Assembly: GCA_028534125.1 (NCBI GenBank)
Contig: CM052817.1
Location: 55,740,001 to 55,804,000 of the forward strand
Reading direction: 5' to 3'
Length of the DNA stretch: 64,000 nucleotides
DNA from: Lama glama
Lineage: Eukaryota
Shown: in pieces, positions 14,520 to 27,246 of the stretch
How the letters are laid out: each line of letters opens with the position of its first letter
Numbering within the stretch: the first letter of the stretch is position 1
Translations under genes and position numbers: made by a program
Notes under the pieces: generated by a model
Databases searched by the model: none
Told to the model about the DNA's origin: nothing
The model's input: only the letters and a program-made list of their open reading frames with translations

Positions 14520-15300
14520 AAAGTAAGTTTCGATAAATTTTCAACACTGGTTATTCCAAATTTTCACTGTGGTTAATCTAGCAGGCAATAGAATGATATA
14601 TCTCATTTGTTGGTTTACTTTCATGAATTTATATTTTCTCAGTCACCTGTATACTTTTGATATACTAAGGTAGAATCATGTAATTAGAATTATGAATAGT
14701 TTCTGTGCAATTATATTTTTTATCTTAGACTACTACCTCTATACATACAATTAGGCAATTTATTTTCTAATTTTGTTCATGGTCCATTCTCTAAAGAATA
14801 TGTATATATAGTGTGAGAAGGTGTCTGCTTAATCATTTTTGAAGTTGTTACACTTAGTCCCTTAGTGTCCTGATATTATTAGAGTTTGTTTATGCTTTCC
14901 TAAATTCACAGAAATAATAGTATTCATTTCCTTGGTTATCTGTTTATTCTTCTTAGTGCCATATTTTAATTTTTGTTGAATATAAATATTTATATATGAT
15001 AGAAATGCTCAAAAAACAAATTTATTTGTTCAACTTAAATAGTTCTATCTTCTTTTTTAGATGAACTTAACTTTGGATACTCTTAGAAAATCTTATGGGA
15101 TTTGGATTAAACTCCACTAAACCTAGGAGTCAGCCATCTTTGCATGATGCAGTCTTCCTCCCAAAAGATCTCTCTCCATTTATTCAAATTTTCATTTACA
15201 TCACTTAAACTTTTATAGCATTCTTTATAGAGGTCATGTTTCTTGGTCATGTTCCTTGCTTAATCTATTACATAGCATTTTATGGTTCCTGTAGCCAAAC
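14520..15300 (-). mobile_element. Ancient L1 remnant
   Basis: T-rich + strand with antisense ORF2-like phrases ('aaatcttatgggatttggattaaac', 'tttatagcattctttatagaggtc'). Confidence 0.45.
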
Positions 15301-16059
15301 TCTTTTCTATTGTTCTATTACTGTGGGGATCTTTACTGCTGGATGATTGTATCTCCTAACTGGCATCACCTTTTCACTGATCTTGTGGTCTCCCCCATCT
15401 CCACCACGAATGAGTTCCCACACTGACTGACTAAATTAATCCTCAGATCTTTTTTTTTTTTTTTTAAGTTCAGTACTCTCAATGAAAACCAAAGCAGAAC
15501 TAAAGAGCAGCAGAACATTTTGAGGAGACTGTGAAATAAAGATGGTATCAACTATAGCTTAAAGATAAAATTGTTTTAAAAGTGTTTTATCACTGCTGTG
15601 GTTTTGACAATCGGTTCAGCGTGTTTTCTCACCTGGCTAGTTCTTTCTAAACTGCTTTTCTATCCCATCTCAATGTATGAAACACCTACCTATCAAACCA
15701 CACCTTAAATATCCTCAGTGTTGGGTATTCTCTATCAACCCTTCCCAAACCTCTCACCCAACATCCTTAAATTTTCTTTGCTGAAACACAAGAATTTTTG
15801 CATAATATCTTCTGTTTTACTTATTTCTATGTGTGGATTTTCTCTCCAAGACAGACCAAATACTAGATTATTTATTCACTCAGCTACCCATTCATTTATT
15901 GAACAATGATAATCTGACTGAAGTACAAATATTTTCTTAGGCAGAGAATGCTACAGAATAGCAGAGAAACACTTGATGTGGTGCAGACCGTAGATGAGCT
16001 GTCTAAAATAAACAAAGTCAAGTTATACAGGTTTAAGAGTAACTGCTCTAATGCATGGC

Positions 16060-16290
16060 CCCTACTGTACCTATCTTATAAATATTTCATACATATTTGT
16101 TTACATATATTTAATCCTTATAATAACCAAAGGGCTAGTTTTATTTCACTTGTTTGTTATTGTACCCATTTTCTAGCTTTGGGAACTAAAAGAAGACTTA
16201 AGACATTTACCTATAGGCACAGAGCTTCTAAGAGCCCCAAAATGAATTAGACCATAAGGAGTTTAATTCAACAATTTATGTTTTTAGACA
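16060..16290 (-). mobile_element. MIR SINE, degraded
   Basis: 'tttaatccttataataacca...tacccattttctagctttgggaactaaa...gcacagagcttctaag' follows the antisense MIR core. Confidence 0.55.
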
Positions 16291-16611
16291 GCAAATTATA
16301 ATATACTGTTTAGCACATCGTATTGTAAACCAAAGTTGGTGGTATTTTCCTACCTTTATAGTATCATCTATTAAAATTGGCCTCTAAAATATTATTTGGT
16401 TAACCCTTCTTCAAAAGCCTCCAGCTGTTTCTTGCTAATACATTTGTGATTGCTATATCTGCAATAAACTGCAATAAAGTAAGAGAGCCTTGTTACTGTT
16501 AAAGTAAGATAAAAATATTTTTGATGGCTAAAGGAGTACTTGAAACTGCAGGCAGTGTATGCCTAGGTTAGTAGGCTATGTGTCTTTCTTCATCTGTAAC
16601 TGGATTTTTTA

Positions 16612-16925
16612 AACTTTTTTTTGGTCAGTATTTCAAACAAAGAATAAGTGCAAGAATACTACAATAGTAAACTACTTTACACCCTTTTTCCAGATTCAAA
16701 AATTCTTTGCATTTTTTCAGTTGCTTGCTTCATCAAACTCCTTCCTTTTAATAATTTGAGATTAAGATTACAATACTGTGTTAATTTATCCTAAATTTCA
16801 GTGAGCATTTGTACAAATATTATGACCAAAGTTAAATGGTAAAAATCAGAATTTTTTGTTGACAACATACAATTTTCAAATATCCTATCTCCTTTCAAAT
16901 TTAATCTATTTTCCCAAAGTATCTA
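16612..16925 (-). mobile_element. Old L1 (L1MC/L1ME-like) 3' UTR
   Basis: 'atttcaaacaaagaataagtgcaagaatactacaatag...ttccagattca' resembles the antisense 3' end of old L1M subfamilies. Confidence 0.45.
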
Positions 16926-17317
16926 GTTTTGAGGAATCAATGAAAGGGAATGCTGTTTTATATGTTTTGGGGTTTTTTTTTTGTTTTTAAAGTTTTGGGG
17001 GGAGCCCAAGTTTGAGGTCAGCCATGGAAGACATGGGTACCCTGCAGCTCCTCAGCCCCTTCCCCAACCATCCACCCTTTGTTTGATTTTGATAGACAGA
17101 GTTGTGAGCTTCAGGAAGAAAATGTGAAGCTGTACTACTGCATTGTATGTTAATTTGTATGGGCACTAGCAATCGCTTTCAAACTTTCATAATTAGAGTT
17201 AGCAAAACTATTTTTAAATTTAATCTTACTGATGACAGCAAATATTTCTGATGAGAATTTTATTCTCTAATATTTAAATCCTACTAACTAGGAGAAGTGA
17301 CGTAGTTTAAAAATCTG

Positions 17318-17817
17318 NNNNNNNNNNNNNNNNNNNNNNNNNNNNNNNNNNNNNNNNNNNNNNNNNNNNNNNNNNNNNNNNNNNNNNNNNNNNNNNNNNN
17401 NNNNNNNNNNNNNNNNNNNNNNNNNNNNNNNNNNNNNNNNNNNNNNNNNNNNNNNNNNNNNNNNNNNNNNNNNNNNNNNNNNNNNNNNNNNNNNNNNNNN
17501 NNNNNNNNNNNNNNNNNNNNNNNNNNNNNNNNNNNNNNNNNNNNNNNNNNNNNNNNNNNNNNNNNNNNNNNNNNNNNNNNNNNNNNNNNNNNNNNNNNNN
17601 NNNNNNNNNNNNNNNNNNNNNNNNNNNNNNNNNNNNNNNNNNNNNNNNNNNNNNNNNNNNNNNNNNNNNNNNNNNNNNNNNNNNNNNNNNNNNNNNNNNN
17701 NNNNNNNNNNNNNNNNNNNNNNNNNNNNNNNNNNNNNNNNNNNNNNNNNNNNNNNNNNNNNNNNNNNNNNNNNNNNNNNNNNNNNNNNNNNNNNNNNNNN
17801 NNNNNNNNNNNNNNNNN
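17318..17817. other. Assembly gap (500 N)
   Basis: Run of exactly 500 N, probably a placeholder size. Confidence 1.
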
Positions 17818-18297
17818 GTCCCCCGGAGCTGCCTCCGTGCAGCCGCCCCCGTCCTCCGCCCGGCTTGTGCAGCCTGGCCCTGCCCGCCGCTGCCGGCCCG
17901 CGTCTCAGGCTGTGTGTTGGGGGGACGCTCTGTGCCCGTTTAACTTAGTTCTGTCAGAAAAGGGCTGCTCTGTACAGATCCGAGCCTCGGAGGCTCCCCC
18001 TCCGTCACGCTGGCCTCAGTTGGAGAGAGGAGACCCAGCAAGCGAGCGCCAGTCCTCCTTTGCTGCTCCCTCCCCACGGGACCCGTCCCGTGCTGCTTTG
18101 CCTTTTGTTCTTTCTTTTTTCCTTTTCTCCTACCAGATTTTTGGCGTCTTTATCTTTTGAAGTGGACAATGTTCTGTCGGAGTTCCGCAGGTGCTCTGGT
18201 TGGCTGAGTGGGTCTGTAGATGTGGGTCTTGGTGTATTTGTGGGAGAGGGTGACTTACGAGCGTCCTTCTACTCCGCCATCTTCTCTGTCTCTCCCC
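17818..18297 (-). mobile_element. 5' UTR / internal promoter of a young LINE-1
   Basis: The only GC- and CpG-dense block in the window. Its reverse complement begins 'GGGGAGAGACAGAGAAGATGGCGGAGTAGAAGGACG', the typical mammalian L1 start, and it runs into the gap. Confidence 0.85.
18274..18283 (-). promoter_or_regulatory. YY1 site of the L1 internal promoter
   Basis: ccgccatctt (AAGATGGCGG on the - strand) about 15 nt from the L1 5' end, the conserved position of the L1 YY1 element. Confidence 0.8.
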
Positions 18298-19689
18298 ATG
18301 GAGGCTTTAATGAATCTATCTTCAGTAAAACACTGATATTTATTTTTCTAATATAGCCTTTATATTCAGTAACCTTTGACTATGTTAAAATGCCTTTTGT
18401 AGAAGGAAAATTTAAGTTGGATGACAAATAGCCTAGAGTTATTTGATGTATATAATTAATTTGGAGGTTGACATAGGCAAAATTGTTACAGGCTTAAAGT
18501 AATTCAGTTATACACATTTGTACTTATAACGCTTCTTTAATATTGAATAAAGGTAGGTACAAATTTATTCCAAAAGAGAATAATTTTTATAATTATGTTG
18601 TTTATTCTTAAATTAATTTCCATTAGATTAAGTGAGAACTAATGAAATACACTAAGCGTACCACAAGGTTATTAGAAAAGTTGTTAAACACTTGTAAAGA
18701 AAATAGGGAACAAAGAATTTTAAGATGCTACTCATAATTGGGAATATAAGCTGGAATAAATGTTTATCAAGATATTTTTGTATAATATTTTTTAACTCTT
18801 AAAAATTCAAGAGTTTCTATAATATCTGCCAAAATTTCAAAGTGCTTAAAATGGTTTTCACTACAAGTGATACAGGCATTCTTTAATTTAGAATCTCTAT
18901 AGTTTGCTATTGAGACATAATTTTTAATTTATCATACATACTTGGGAATGTCTGAAAATAAATAAAACTATACAACATAAACACTGTAGTTGAATTAGAT
19001 CCTAGCATGAGTTTTAATGAGTCTTTTAAATGATCCAAAGCTGTACAGATTTTTACAAAAGGTCAACCTCAAAACTTTTTACCCACATGCCTTAAAACCA
19101 CAAGATGTTTAGTATAGTTCACTGTGATGTGAATATAATGTCAAACACCATAATTCTTTAATGCTGTGAAAATATTTTACCAAAAAATAAAAGGCAGTGC
19201 TATATACTCTGTCAAAGGTGCCAGATTCTGTGACCTAGCTCTATCTGGAAGTCTGCATAGCAACAGGGATTATAGCTAAATGGCATTATGTGATTTTAAT
19301 CTTAAATTTTTATTCCTTACATCTATCTACTTTTTAAAATCTGTCTTTTCCATGTTACTCAAAATAAGCACATAAATTGTAATAAAAAACATTAGAAATT
19401 AATTTCTTACATAAGAATAGGCCCTCTCTTTTCTTCAGTTTCAATGATATAGGAAATTCTGAGGTTTAAACAAGGAGACCACAGAGAAGCAAGCAGGCCT
19501 AGAAGCAAACATTTTCATAATTATCAACGTAACTGCCAGGCAAGTAACTAATGCTGGTCTCTGTTTTCTAGAACCCCGTATCTTCTCAAATTTGTTGGTA
19601 CAATTAAGGGTTTATTATATTTCTAACTTTAATAGTATACAGTTTAAAAGAAATTACTTAGAAATGCACAGATCTACAAACAAATATTG

Positions 19690-19895
19690 GGCTCTGAAGC
19701 TTACTCTTTGAGTGATACTTGAAAAGTTAATTTTTCTAAGCCTTGATTCTTTTGTTCAATGAAGACCTAAGAGATACCTTCAGTTGTTGTAATAAGGATT
19801 AAATGAGAAGTATTTAGATGTGTGATAGAAATGGAAATAAATATATAGTAAAGTAGATAATGCCTGGGACATAATAGTATTCAGCAAATTGTAGA
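19690..19895 (+). mobile_element. MIR SINE, degraded
   Basis: 'gttgttgtaataaggattaaatgagaa...aatgcctgggacataatagtattcagcaaat' matches the MIR core and 3' end. Confidence 0.65.
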
Positions 19896-20567
19896 CATAA
19901 TTATGAAGTTGCTCTTTATATTCTTTTTGATAATTTAGATAGCTTCTAAAATATTTTAACACCGTAAGTATTTATGTAAATACTTATAGAATGATAAGGC
20001 TATTCTCCTGGAGATATAAAAATATAACCCCACAGAGCTAGCAAAATACAAACCCAGCATTCTCTTGAACTTAAGCCTGTAGTCTTTCTCCTCACTCAGA
20101 AACACATTTGGATACAAGCTAATGTCATGCTTATGGTACAGTCAAGGTGCCTGTTCCTCTACTGCTCTGTATTCTGTTTTACATTTACAAGTAAGATTTC
20201 TATTTATAATGAGAAATTCTTCAGAATTTTTGAAGAAACTGGTTTCATCAGTAATTCCATTTCCTCTTCAGTTTGTCAGTGACCAAAACTGATTTGCAAA
20301 AACTTTAGTAGTATAAAGTGAAATGAGGATATACTTAAAAAACAGTAATCTTTCAAATTACCCAGAAATTTTAAAGAAAAGGCAGAAGAAATCCAAATTG
20401 TCAGATTTTTTTTTTGCTAAATAGATAAAACCAACCAAACTGCATTTCACAGTAGCCTTTCTGTCCTCAACCTTTATGATTTTGTATTCAAATTAAAAAA
20501 TTGAAATCTATCTGAAAGTTAAATTTGTCAGATTTCTCTTAATTTTGGTGACATTATTTCCATGAAC

Positions 20568-21040
20568 CAGTATCCTCAAGGGAAAGCAATCTTAAGTGTT
20601 TAGCTACTGTTTTAAGTTGTACATGTGAAGCAACATTTTTCAATTTGGGGAAGTCAGTGGAGTCAGAATCCAATTTGACATTACATTTATTTGTTGCAAA
20701 CGGGCTTTTTTTATGATATGTTAGTAGAAACAGTGTCTCCAGGGCCTGTTAACTAGCAAAATATGAATTTTGGAGGATGTACTGCTTCATTGTAAGACTA
20801 GATGTTGGCTTGTGATTTAGTTTATGTTTAGATGTAGTGTTTGTCAAGCTTGGAGGGCATCACTCTTGTAAACGACATCTGAGAAAGAATGGAAGCATTT
20901 TTGGATGTTGCACTTGTAGGTAAAGGCAATAAAATCTTGTGGGTAGGTTCAAGACAGTAACCCTTTTATAATAATAAAAGGGGCATCCCTACATAAAGAA
21001 GAATTGTAACCAAAATGCCCAAAACTCTATGAGAAACATG
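20568..21040 (+). mobile_element. hAT-Charlie non-autonomous element (MER20-related)
   Basis: Degenerate TIRs 'cagtatcctcaa' / 'tgagaaacatg'; the 3' part 'gcatttttggatg...tgggtagg...aagaattgtaaccaaaatg' parallels recalled MER20. Confidence 0.5.
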
Positions 21041-21370
21041 AATATGCAGTATACTTTTGATTTAGAAATGCTGTGTCAAGCAAATGACAGAAGCTAGAAT
21101 AAAATATGAAGCATCTCCACAGAGCTCTAATACATGAGAAACTGTCAAAGCAGGAAGAGGTAACAGGAAAGGAATTCCAAGTTCTAAGGAGAGATATTGT
21201 GATGTGGAACTGCCTGGACAGTGAAATGAAAGAAAGTTGAAAGACACATGAGTTATTTTAAAATGCAACTTTTTTTTTTTTTTGTAATGAGAGGGGAGGT
21301 CAAATGATTCTGTAGACTGAGCTACTTTACACACGGTGGCCCCTTAATTGTATGTTAATGATATAATTGC

Positions 21371-21417
21371 TGTGGTTGGAATAATGGTTGTGGTTGGAAT
21401 AATGGTTGTGGTTGGAA
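21371..21417. repeat. Perfect 18-bp tandem repeat, ~2.6 copies
   Basis: (tgtggttggaataatggt)x2 followed by tgtggttggaa. Confidence 0.95.
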
Positions 21418-23619
21418 CAGAAGTTTTAAGGGCTGAAAGGAGATATGAAGTAATGTAGTCTACATTTAGAAAGCTTATGTGACAAATGTTTCTGGGACAT
21501 TTTCACAACAGGATGGTGACTTAGTCTCTTAAATTCTATTTTCCCAAGGGATGCATCAGCTACTTGACTATTAAGATTACTTGAACAGAAAGTAGCCTCA
21601 CTGTACCTAAAATGAGAGGACATTTACTAGCTTCAGCAATTACTTTGGAGAGTAAGTAGAGCAGGAATTCTGATGTAATTAATCAAGGGCTTTTTGGTTG
21701 GTTATCCTGAACTTTTTCCAGACTTTCCTTATCTGCCACTACTGCATTGTCATGAGTTCTGGTTCATCAAATCTCAGATAACCTGATAAAGAGCTTAAAC
21801 CAAACCTGTTTGTTGGAAAACATGAACTTTTTTCCAAACTTGAAGCTTTTTTTAAGGAACAGTTTTGAAGGTTTGTAAAATTAGATACTGACATTCCAGT
21901 AAGCCAGTATCTGTGAGCCATGAAACTTCTTCCTGCTGCAGTGTGGTTGCTTTTCTAAACATTGGATAGCATATCAGAGCTGACTAAGGTTGCAGATAAC
22001 TTACATCTTATCAGAAGGTATCAGAAAAGGGTAAAGTCCTCCAACTTGGAGACGGAAGAGAAATCTAACTATCCTGGATCCTTTGGATTTGTTTATATTA
22101 CAATCGATCAAGCTAGGGAATGTTCAGCTAGACAGGGTAGTATAGAAATAAAAGATTATCTGTAACGTGTCTTTCCTTTAACACACATAACTGTCCATCT
22201 ACAAGGCTCCACAGAAGGTGTATTTATTAGTGATAAAATCTGAGAGGCAATAAAATACTCTTTTGAGAAGAACAAATGAGATATTCATTACTGCTATTTT
22301 GATATTAAAAAACCAATGTAATTGATTTTCAGAGCAAAAAATCTATTTTTCAGAAAAGAGCATTAAAGGGCTTGACATAAATTTCAGGGTTTAGAGAATT
22401 TGTATCTTTTTTCAATCTTGACCCTTAATGACAGAACATTCTCTTTATAATATGATACATCATTTGTTTGAATTAATAAAGTTAATGTCTTTTCTACTGG
22501 GGAAGCCACTCAGTCTCTCTGATGTAAACAAGTAGGGTTTAGTGAGCTAAGGACAAACCCATAACTCCATAATTTATTCTTCCACCATTTCCTTCCTCAT
22601 TACATATTAAAGTATCATATAAATAGATATTCAAACAGTTTGTCTAACACTGCTTACCTTTGCCTGGCACAAAACACAACAGAATGCTCTGTGGGCTAAA
22701 ATCCAGACTGGAGATCTGGGAATTAAGTGTAAACAAGCAAAAAAAAAAAAAAAAAGCCCTATTTCATTACTTCCTAGAAACCTCATATGCCCATCCGAGA
22801 CAGTCTTGGATGTGAGTTTTTATAAGTAATAAAATGTTATTTTTTCCCCCTTAACATAATCTTTGCCTCAACCATAACTGCTTATTTAAAAAACCTAAAT
22901 AATGATTTAGATTAAGCTAGAGAAGCCTACCTGTACTTTACTTTTTAGGCCCACACATTTGATGTATAGTAGTTAAAAATCCTGTCTCATTATGAATAGC
23001 TAACAAACCATTGAGATAAAACTACAAGATTCAGATTTATAAAAGTACTAAAAATTAAAGCCATCTACTTGGTGATGTGGTATATGGTACTTTACACAAG
23101 GAATTCCAGTCAATATCTACTTCTCAATGGGTTTTATTTCTTAGGGTTCACTATTAAGCACCCATCCATCTTCCTATTCTAAATGCAAAATCGGTTAAGA
23201 GCTAGACAAAGGTGTCACACTGGTACCCATAAAAGTAAGAGTTTTACTACTGCTGTATGGATGAATGAGGGTCTAGGGCTTGCTTACCTACATTTATGGC
23301 CACCATGAACTTCCTAATAACTCACTCCAAATTAAAATGGTCACTCCAAACATCAATACTGTTCTTTGCAAGGAGCAGAATGTGTCACTGTTAGCTTACA
23401 CTGTGTTCGAAAGCACACTCGATCACACTTTCAATGGCAATACAAAGAGGACAGAAAACCCTCAACCATGCGTGAACTACTGTGCTGAAAAGACATTCAT
23501 TATAGTTGTAAGGGAGACCTTAATTATGAAGTATTGAAATGCTATGTTGGGTCACTGAGTAAAATGTATAAATTCATATAAAAATGTTTTTGGGGCTCCC
23601 ATTAAAAACAGCAGCCACT

Positions 23620-24900
23620 GTTTTTTGTGCTTGAGAAGCAGCAGTAAACTGGGCAGACAAAAATCTCTATACTCATAGCCTACATTTTAATGATGGGAAG
23701 GTATATTACATAAGTAGAAAAAATATAGCTTGAGAATGGCAAATAGCAAGGAGAAAAACATGAGGTTTTGTATGGGGATATGTGATGTCTCCAAGGAGAG
23801 GTTTAAATTTTTGCTAGGATACCTATGGAAGATCTCTTTGAGAAAATGATCTTTGAGTTAAATTTAAGGAAGTGAGGGATGCCCTATGGATATCTGGAAT
23901 AGCGAGTACAAAGACTTAAGAAGAAGCATGCATGCGTCTAGAAGTTGAGAGGAGGCAAGTGTGGATGAAATAGTGTGAAAGGATAGAGTAGTAGGAGACA
24001 AGCTCGGAGAAACAATGGAACCAAGTCAAGTAGAGCCTTAGAGGATGAAAGAAATTTGAATTTTCCATGAATAAGAAAGTCAGCAACTAAAGAGCTGTAA
24101 GCAAGGAAGTAATATGATCTAACTTACTTTTTAATAAGATCAATTTGACTGCTGTTTCGACACCAGACTAACGAAGCATGAAGATGAAAGCAGGGAGACA
24201 ATTAGGAGCCTACAGAAAAAATCATGAGATACTGATGGGTTGAAACAGGCAGCAATAGAGATGGTGCAAAGTGGGTATATTATGAATATAAATCCAACAG
24301 CATTATCTGAAGGATAATATTTGTCAAAGTGAAAAAGGAAAGTCAAATATTTTTTTTTTCGCACTGAATGAAGAAATTGCCATGAGAAAGAATGTGAGGA
24401 TAGAGTTGTTGTGGATTGATGATGGATGAGATAACTATATTGGAAAAGGAAGTTTTAGAAGCCTACTAGACACTCAGGTGAAAATTTTAAGTGGTCAGCT
24501 GCATTTGTAACTCTAGAAATTCCAAGACAGATGCCTGGCCTAGAGATATAAATTTAAGTAATCAGCACATAGATGCATGTAAGGGCATGCTATTAGATGA
24601 CACACATTTTAGGGAATTAGTATAGATATAAAGATTAAAATGTCAAGAGTAGAAGGCTAGGGAACTCCAATGTAAAAAAAAAAAATGTATACATGGAAGT
24701 GACTCTGCAAAGGAGACTGAGAAAAACACAACCAGAAGAAATGCAAAACTAGAGTCCTGGAAGCCATGTGCAGAGTATGTTTTCAGAAGAGAGTATTAAA
24801 CCATGTTCAATGCAGTTTATATTTCAAGCAAGATTAGGATTGAACATTGACTGCTAGATTTAATAAGTGGAAGTATCTGCTAAGAACCATTTTTGGGCAT
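23620..24900 (-). mobile_element. L2 LINE, ~1.3 kb 3' portion
   Basis: Purine-rich + strand with typical antisense L2 phrases ('ctctttgagaaaatgatctttgag', 'gcagggagacaattaggagcctac', 'gagatataaatttaagtaatcagcacatagatg'). Confidence 0.8.
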
Positions 24901-24984
24901 GGTTGTGGTTACAAAAACCTGATCACCTCTTTCTACAGCAATACAAAGAGGAAGGAAATACATATTGTTTCTCTGGATCATGTA

Positions 24985-25150
24985 GTAATAGGATGGGTCT
25001 CAAAAGTTTCTGAGGTACATATTCTGGATTCTATTTCTTGACGGAGTTGGTGGTTATATTTGTGCTTTCACCTTGTGAAGACTGATTTAGTCCCATGCTT
25101 TTGGTCTATGTACTTAGACATATTTGTTTTACTTCATTAAAATTTTAAAA
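24985..25150 (+). mobile_element. Old L1 (L1ME-like) 3' terminus
   Basis: 'tctatttcttgacggagttggtggttatat...caccttgtgaa...ttttacttcattaaaattttaaaa'. Confidence 0.55.
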
Positions 25151-25548
25151 TTTACATTAGTAGGGAGAAGGTAGAAAGTAACATTAAAATTCTCACACTA
25201 TTCCTCCTAACTCTCCTGTCTTTGTTTTGCCCTGGGAGAACCTGGCAGTCTGAATGTACATATTTGGGGTAGTACTTCAAATGCTCCTGCTAAGATACAA
25301 CTGAAAGCCTCTTGTAGTTTCTACTAGTTTAGGTGATGGCTTCAGCATGTAGGTCTAGTTGCGTTTGTCATTCTAACCAGATGAAGAAGCTTTGAATAAA
25401 TCAAGGAATAAAGAACAGCTTTAGCTCAAGCAAGAAGAGTAGTGTGGGGGCCATCCATATTGTCAGACATCATGACAACTGTGGTAATAGTAAGGAATGA
25501 CCTAAACTCATCTATAAAATTACAACTTCTGAGAGATAAAAATACAGA

Positions 25549-26086
25549 TGTGGTAGGTGGAAGTCTAAGATACTCCCTCAAGGTTCCTGTCTCCTGGTGT
25601 ATATGCTCTGTATAACCACTTGCCTTGAGTTTGGGTGGCCCTGTGAATTATAGGTACATTCACTCTCGATTAGATTACATTATTTGACAAAGGTAATGGG
25701 ATAGACATTTAAAGGACTATTATAGCAGAGTTAGAAGGAATCATCTTGCTGGGCTTGAAGATATAAGCTATAATATGAGAGGACTTATGGGAAGGGGTAG
25801 GTGGCAAAAAGAGTGGTGCTTTGCTAACATCTCCCAAGAAAATAGGGCCGTTGATACCAAAACTACAAAAAACAAAACTCTGCCAACACTCAGAAAGTTT
25901 GGAAGAGGATCTCAAATTTGAGATGAAATTATACCCTCAGCCAATATTCTGATCTCAGACTGGTCATACCCTTAGCAGAGGACACAGATAATTCATTCTC
26001 AGAATCTTGACCCACAGGCACTATGAGACAATAACTATTTTATGCCACTCTGGTAATTTGCTATTTACCCAAAGAATATGAATATA
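25549..26086 (+). mobile_element. MaLR solo LTR (MLT1E/MLT1F-like)
   Basis: Starts 'tgtggtagg...tctaagat...cctggtgtata...ccttgagtttgggtggccctgtgaa' and ends 'tgacccacag...tgagacaata...ggtaatttgctat...gaatata', as in recalled MLT1 consensus. Confidence 0.8.
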
Positions 26087-26319
26087 ATATATAGGAGTAT
26101 TGATTTGAATGTGTGCATATATACATTCTCAAGTAAATAATTGTTATGTTAGATTCTCAATGATAGATGCAATCTTACAGGAAAAAAGTTTATCAGTTTG
26201 GTTAATACCTGCATTGACAGTTTCATTTTGCTTTAGCAAGCTAACTTTACCATAGTGACTTAACAAAAACTAGCTGGTATGGGCACATTAATGAATCCAG
26301 CTGTGTATAATGGGAGAAC

Positions 26320-27246
26320 TCAATGTCCACATTCAAAAGAGGTAATTTAAATGCCTGCTTTATACCATATACAAATTTAACTCAATGCAGATGAAAGCCC
26401 TAAATACAAGAGCTAAAATTATAAAATTCTTAGAAGAAGAAAAAAATAGGTGTAAATCTTTGTAACTTTTGATTAAGCAATGGTTTCTCAGACATTACAA
26501 AAAAAGTATAAGCAAACAAAGAAAAATAGATAAATATGTCTTTTGTGCTTCAAAGGACACTATCAAGAAAATGAAAAGACAATCCACAAAATTGGAGATA
26601 ATTTTGCAAATTATATATCTAATAAGGGCCTGGTATCCAGAATATTTAAAGAATTTTTATAACTCAGCAATCAAAAGACAAATAACCTAATTAAAAATAC
26701 ATAATGCATTTCTTCATTTCTCCAAGGTTGATATACAGAGGACCAGTAAGCAGGTGAAAAGATGCTGAACACCATGGTTATTAGAGAAATGTAAGTCAAA
26801 GCCATAAAAAGTACCACTTTATACCCGCTAGAATGGCTATAATAAAAAAAAACATAGGCAATAATATTGGCTAGGATGTAGGTAAATGGAATACTCATAA
26901 TTGCTTACTGAAAAGGAAGATGGAGCAGCAATTGGGAACTCTTTAGCCTCTCCTCAGAAATTTAAACAGTTATGTAATCCAACAATTCTGCTCTTAAATT
27001 ATGCGTGCAAGAGATTTAAAACATATGTCCATGCAAAAAACTTCTGCGCAAATGTTCATAGCAGAATTATTCATAATATCTAAAAGTGGAGATAACCCAA
27101 ATGCCCATCAGATGATAAATGGATAAATGAAATTTAGTATACCCGGTGAGATATTTGTCATTCAACCATAAAAAGTAACCAAATACTAATATATGCTGCA
27201 ATATGGATGAGCTTTGAAAACATTATGCTAAGTAAAAGAAAGGCCA
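26320..27246 (+). mobile_element. L1 (L1MB/L1MC-like) ORF2 3' part
   Basis: ORF 26469-26690 contains FCASKDTIKKMKRQSTKLE (L1 ORF2-like); 'aaatgttcatagcag...aacccaaatgcccatca...atatggatgagctttgaaaacattatgctaagt'. Confidence 0.85.

Noticed and set aside
16459..16478. Tandem (ctgcaataaa)x2 as a double polyadenylation signal
   Set aside because: AATAAA is frequent in DNA this AT-rich and there is no supported upstream transcript; this is more simply a 10-bp slippage duplication.
17818..18297. CpG-island promoter of a cellular gene
   Set aside because: It ends sharply at an L1-type GGGG...AAGATGGCGG start next to an endonuclease-like site, which is better explained as an L1 5' UTR.
21371..21417. 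CRISPR-like repeat array
   Set aside because: Head-to-tail repeats with no spacers, in eukaryotic DNA, with no cas genes.
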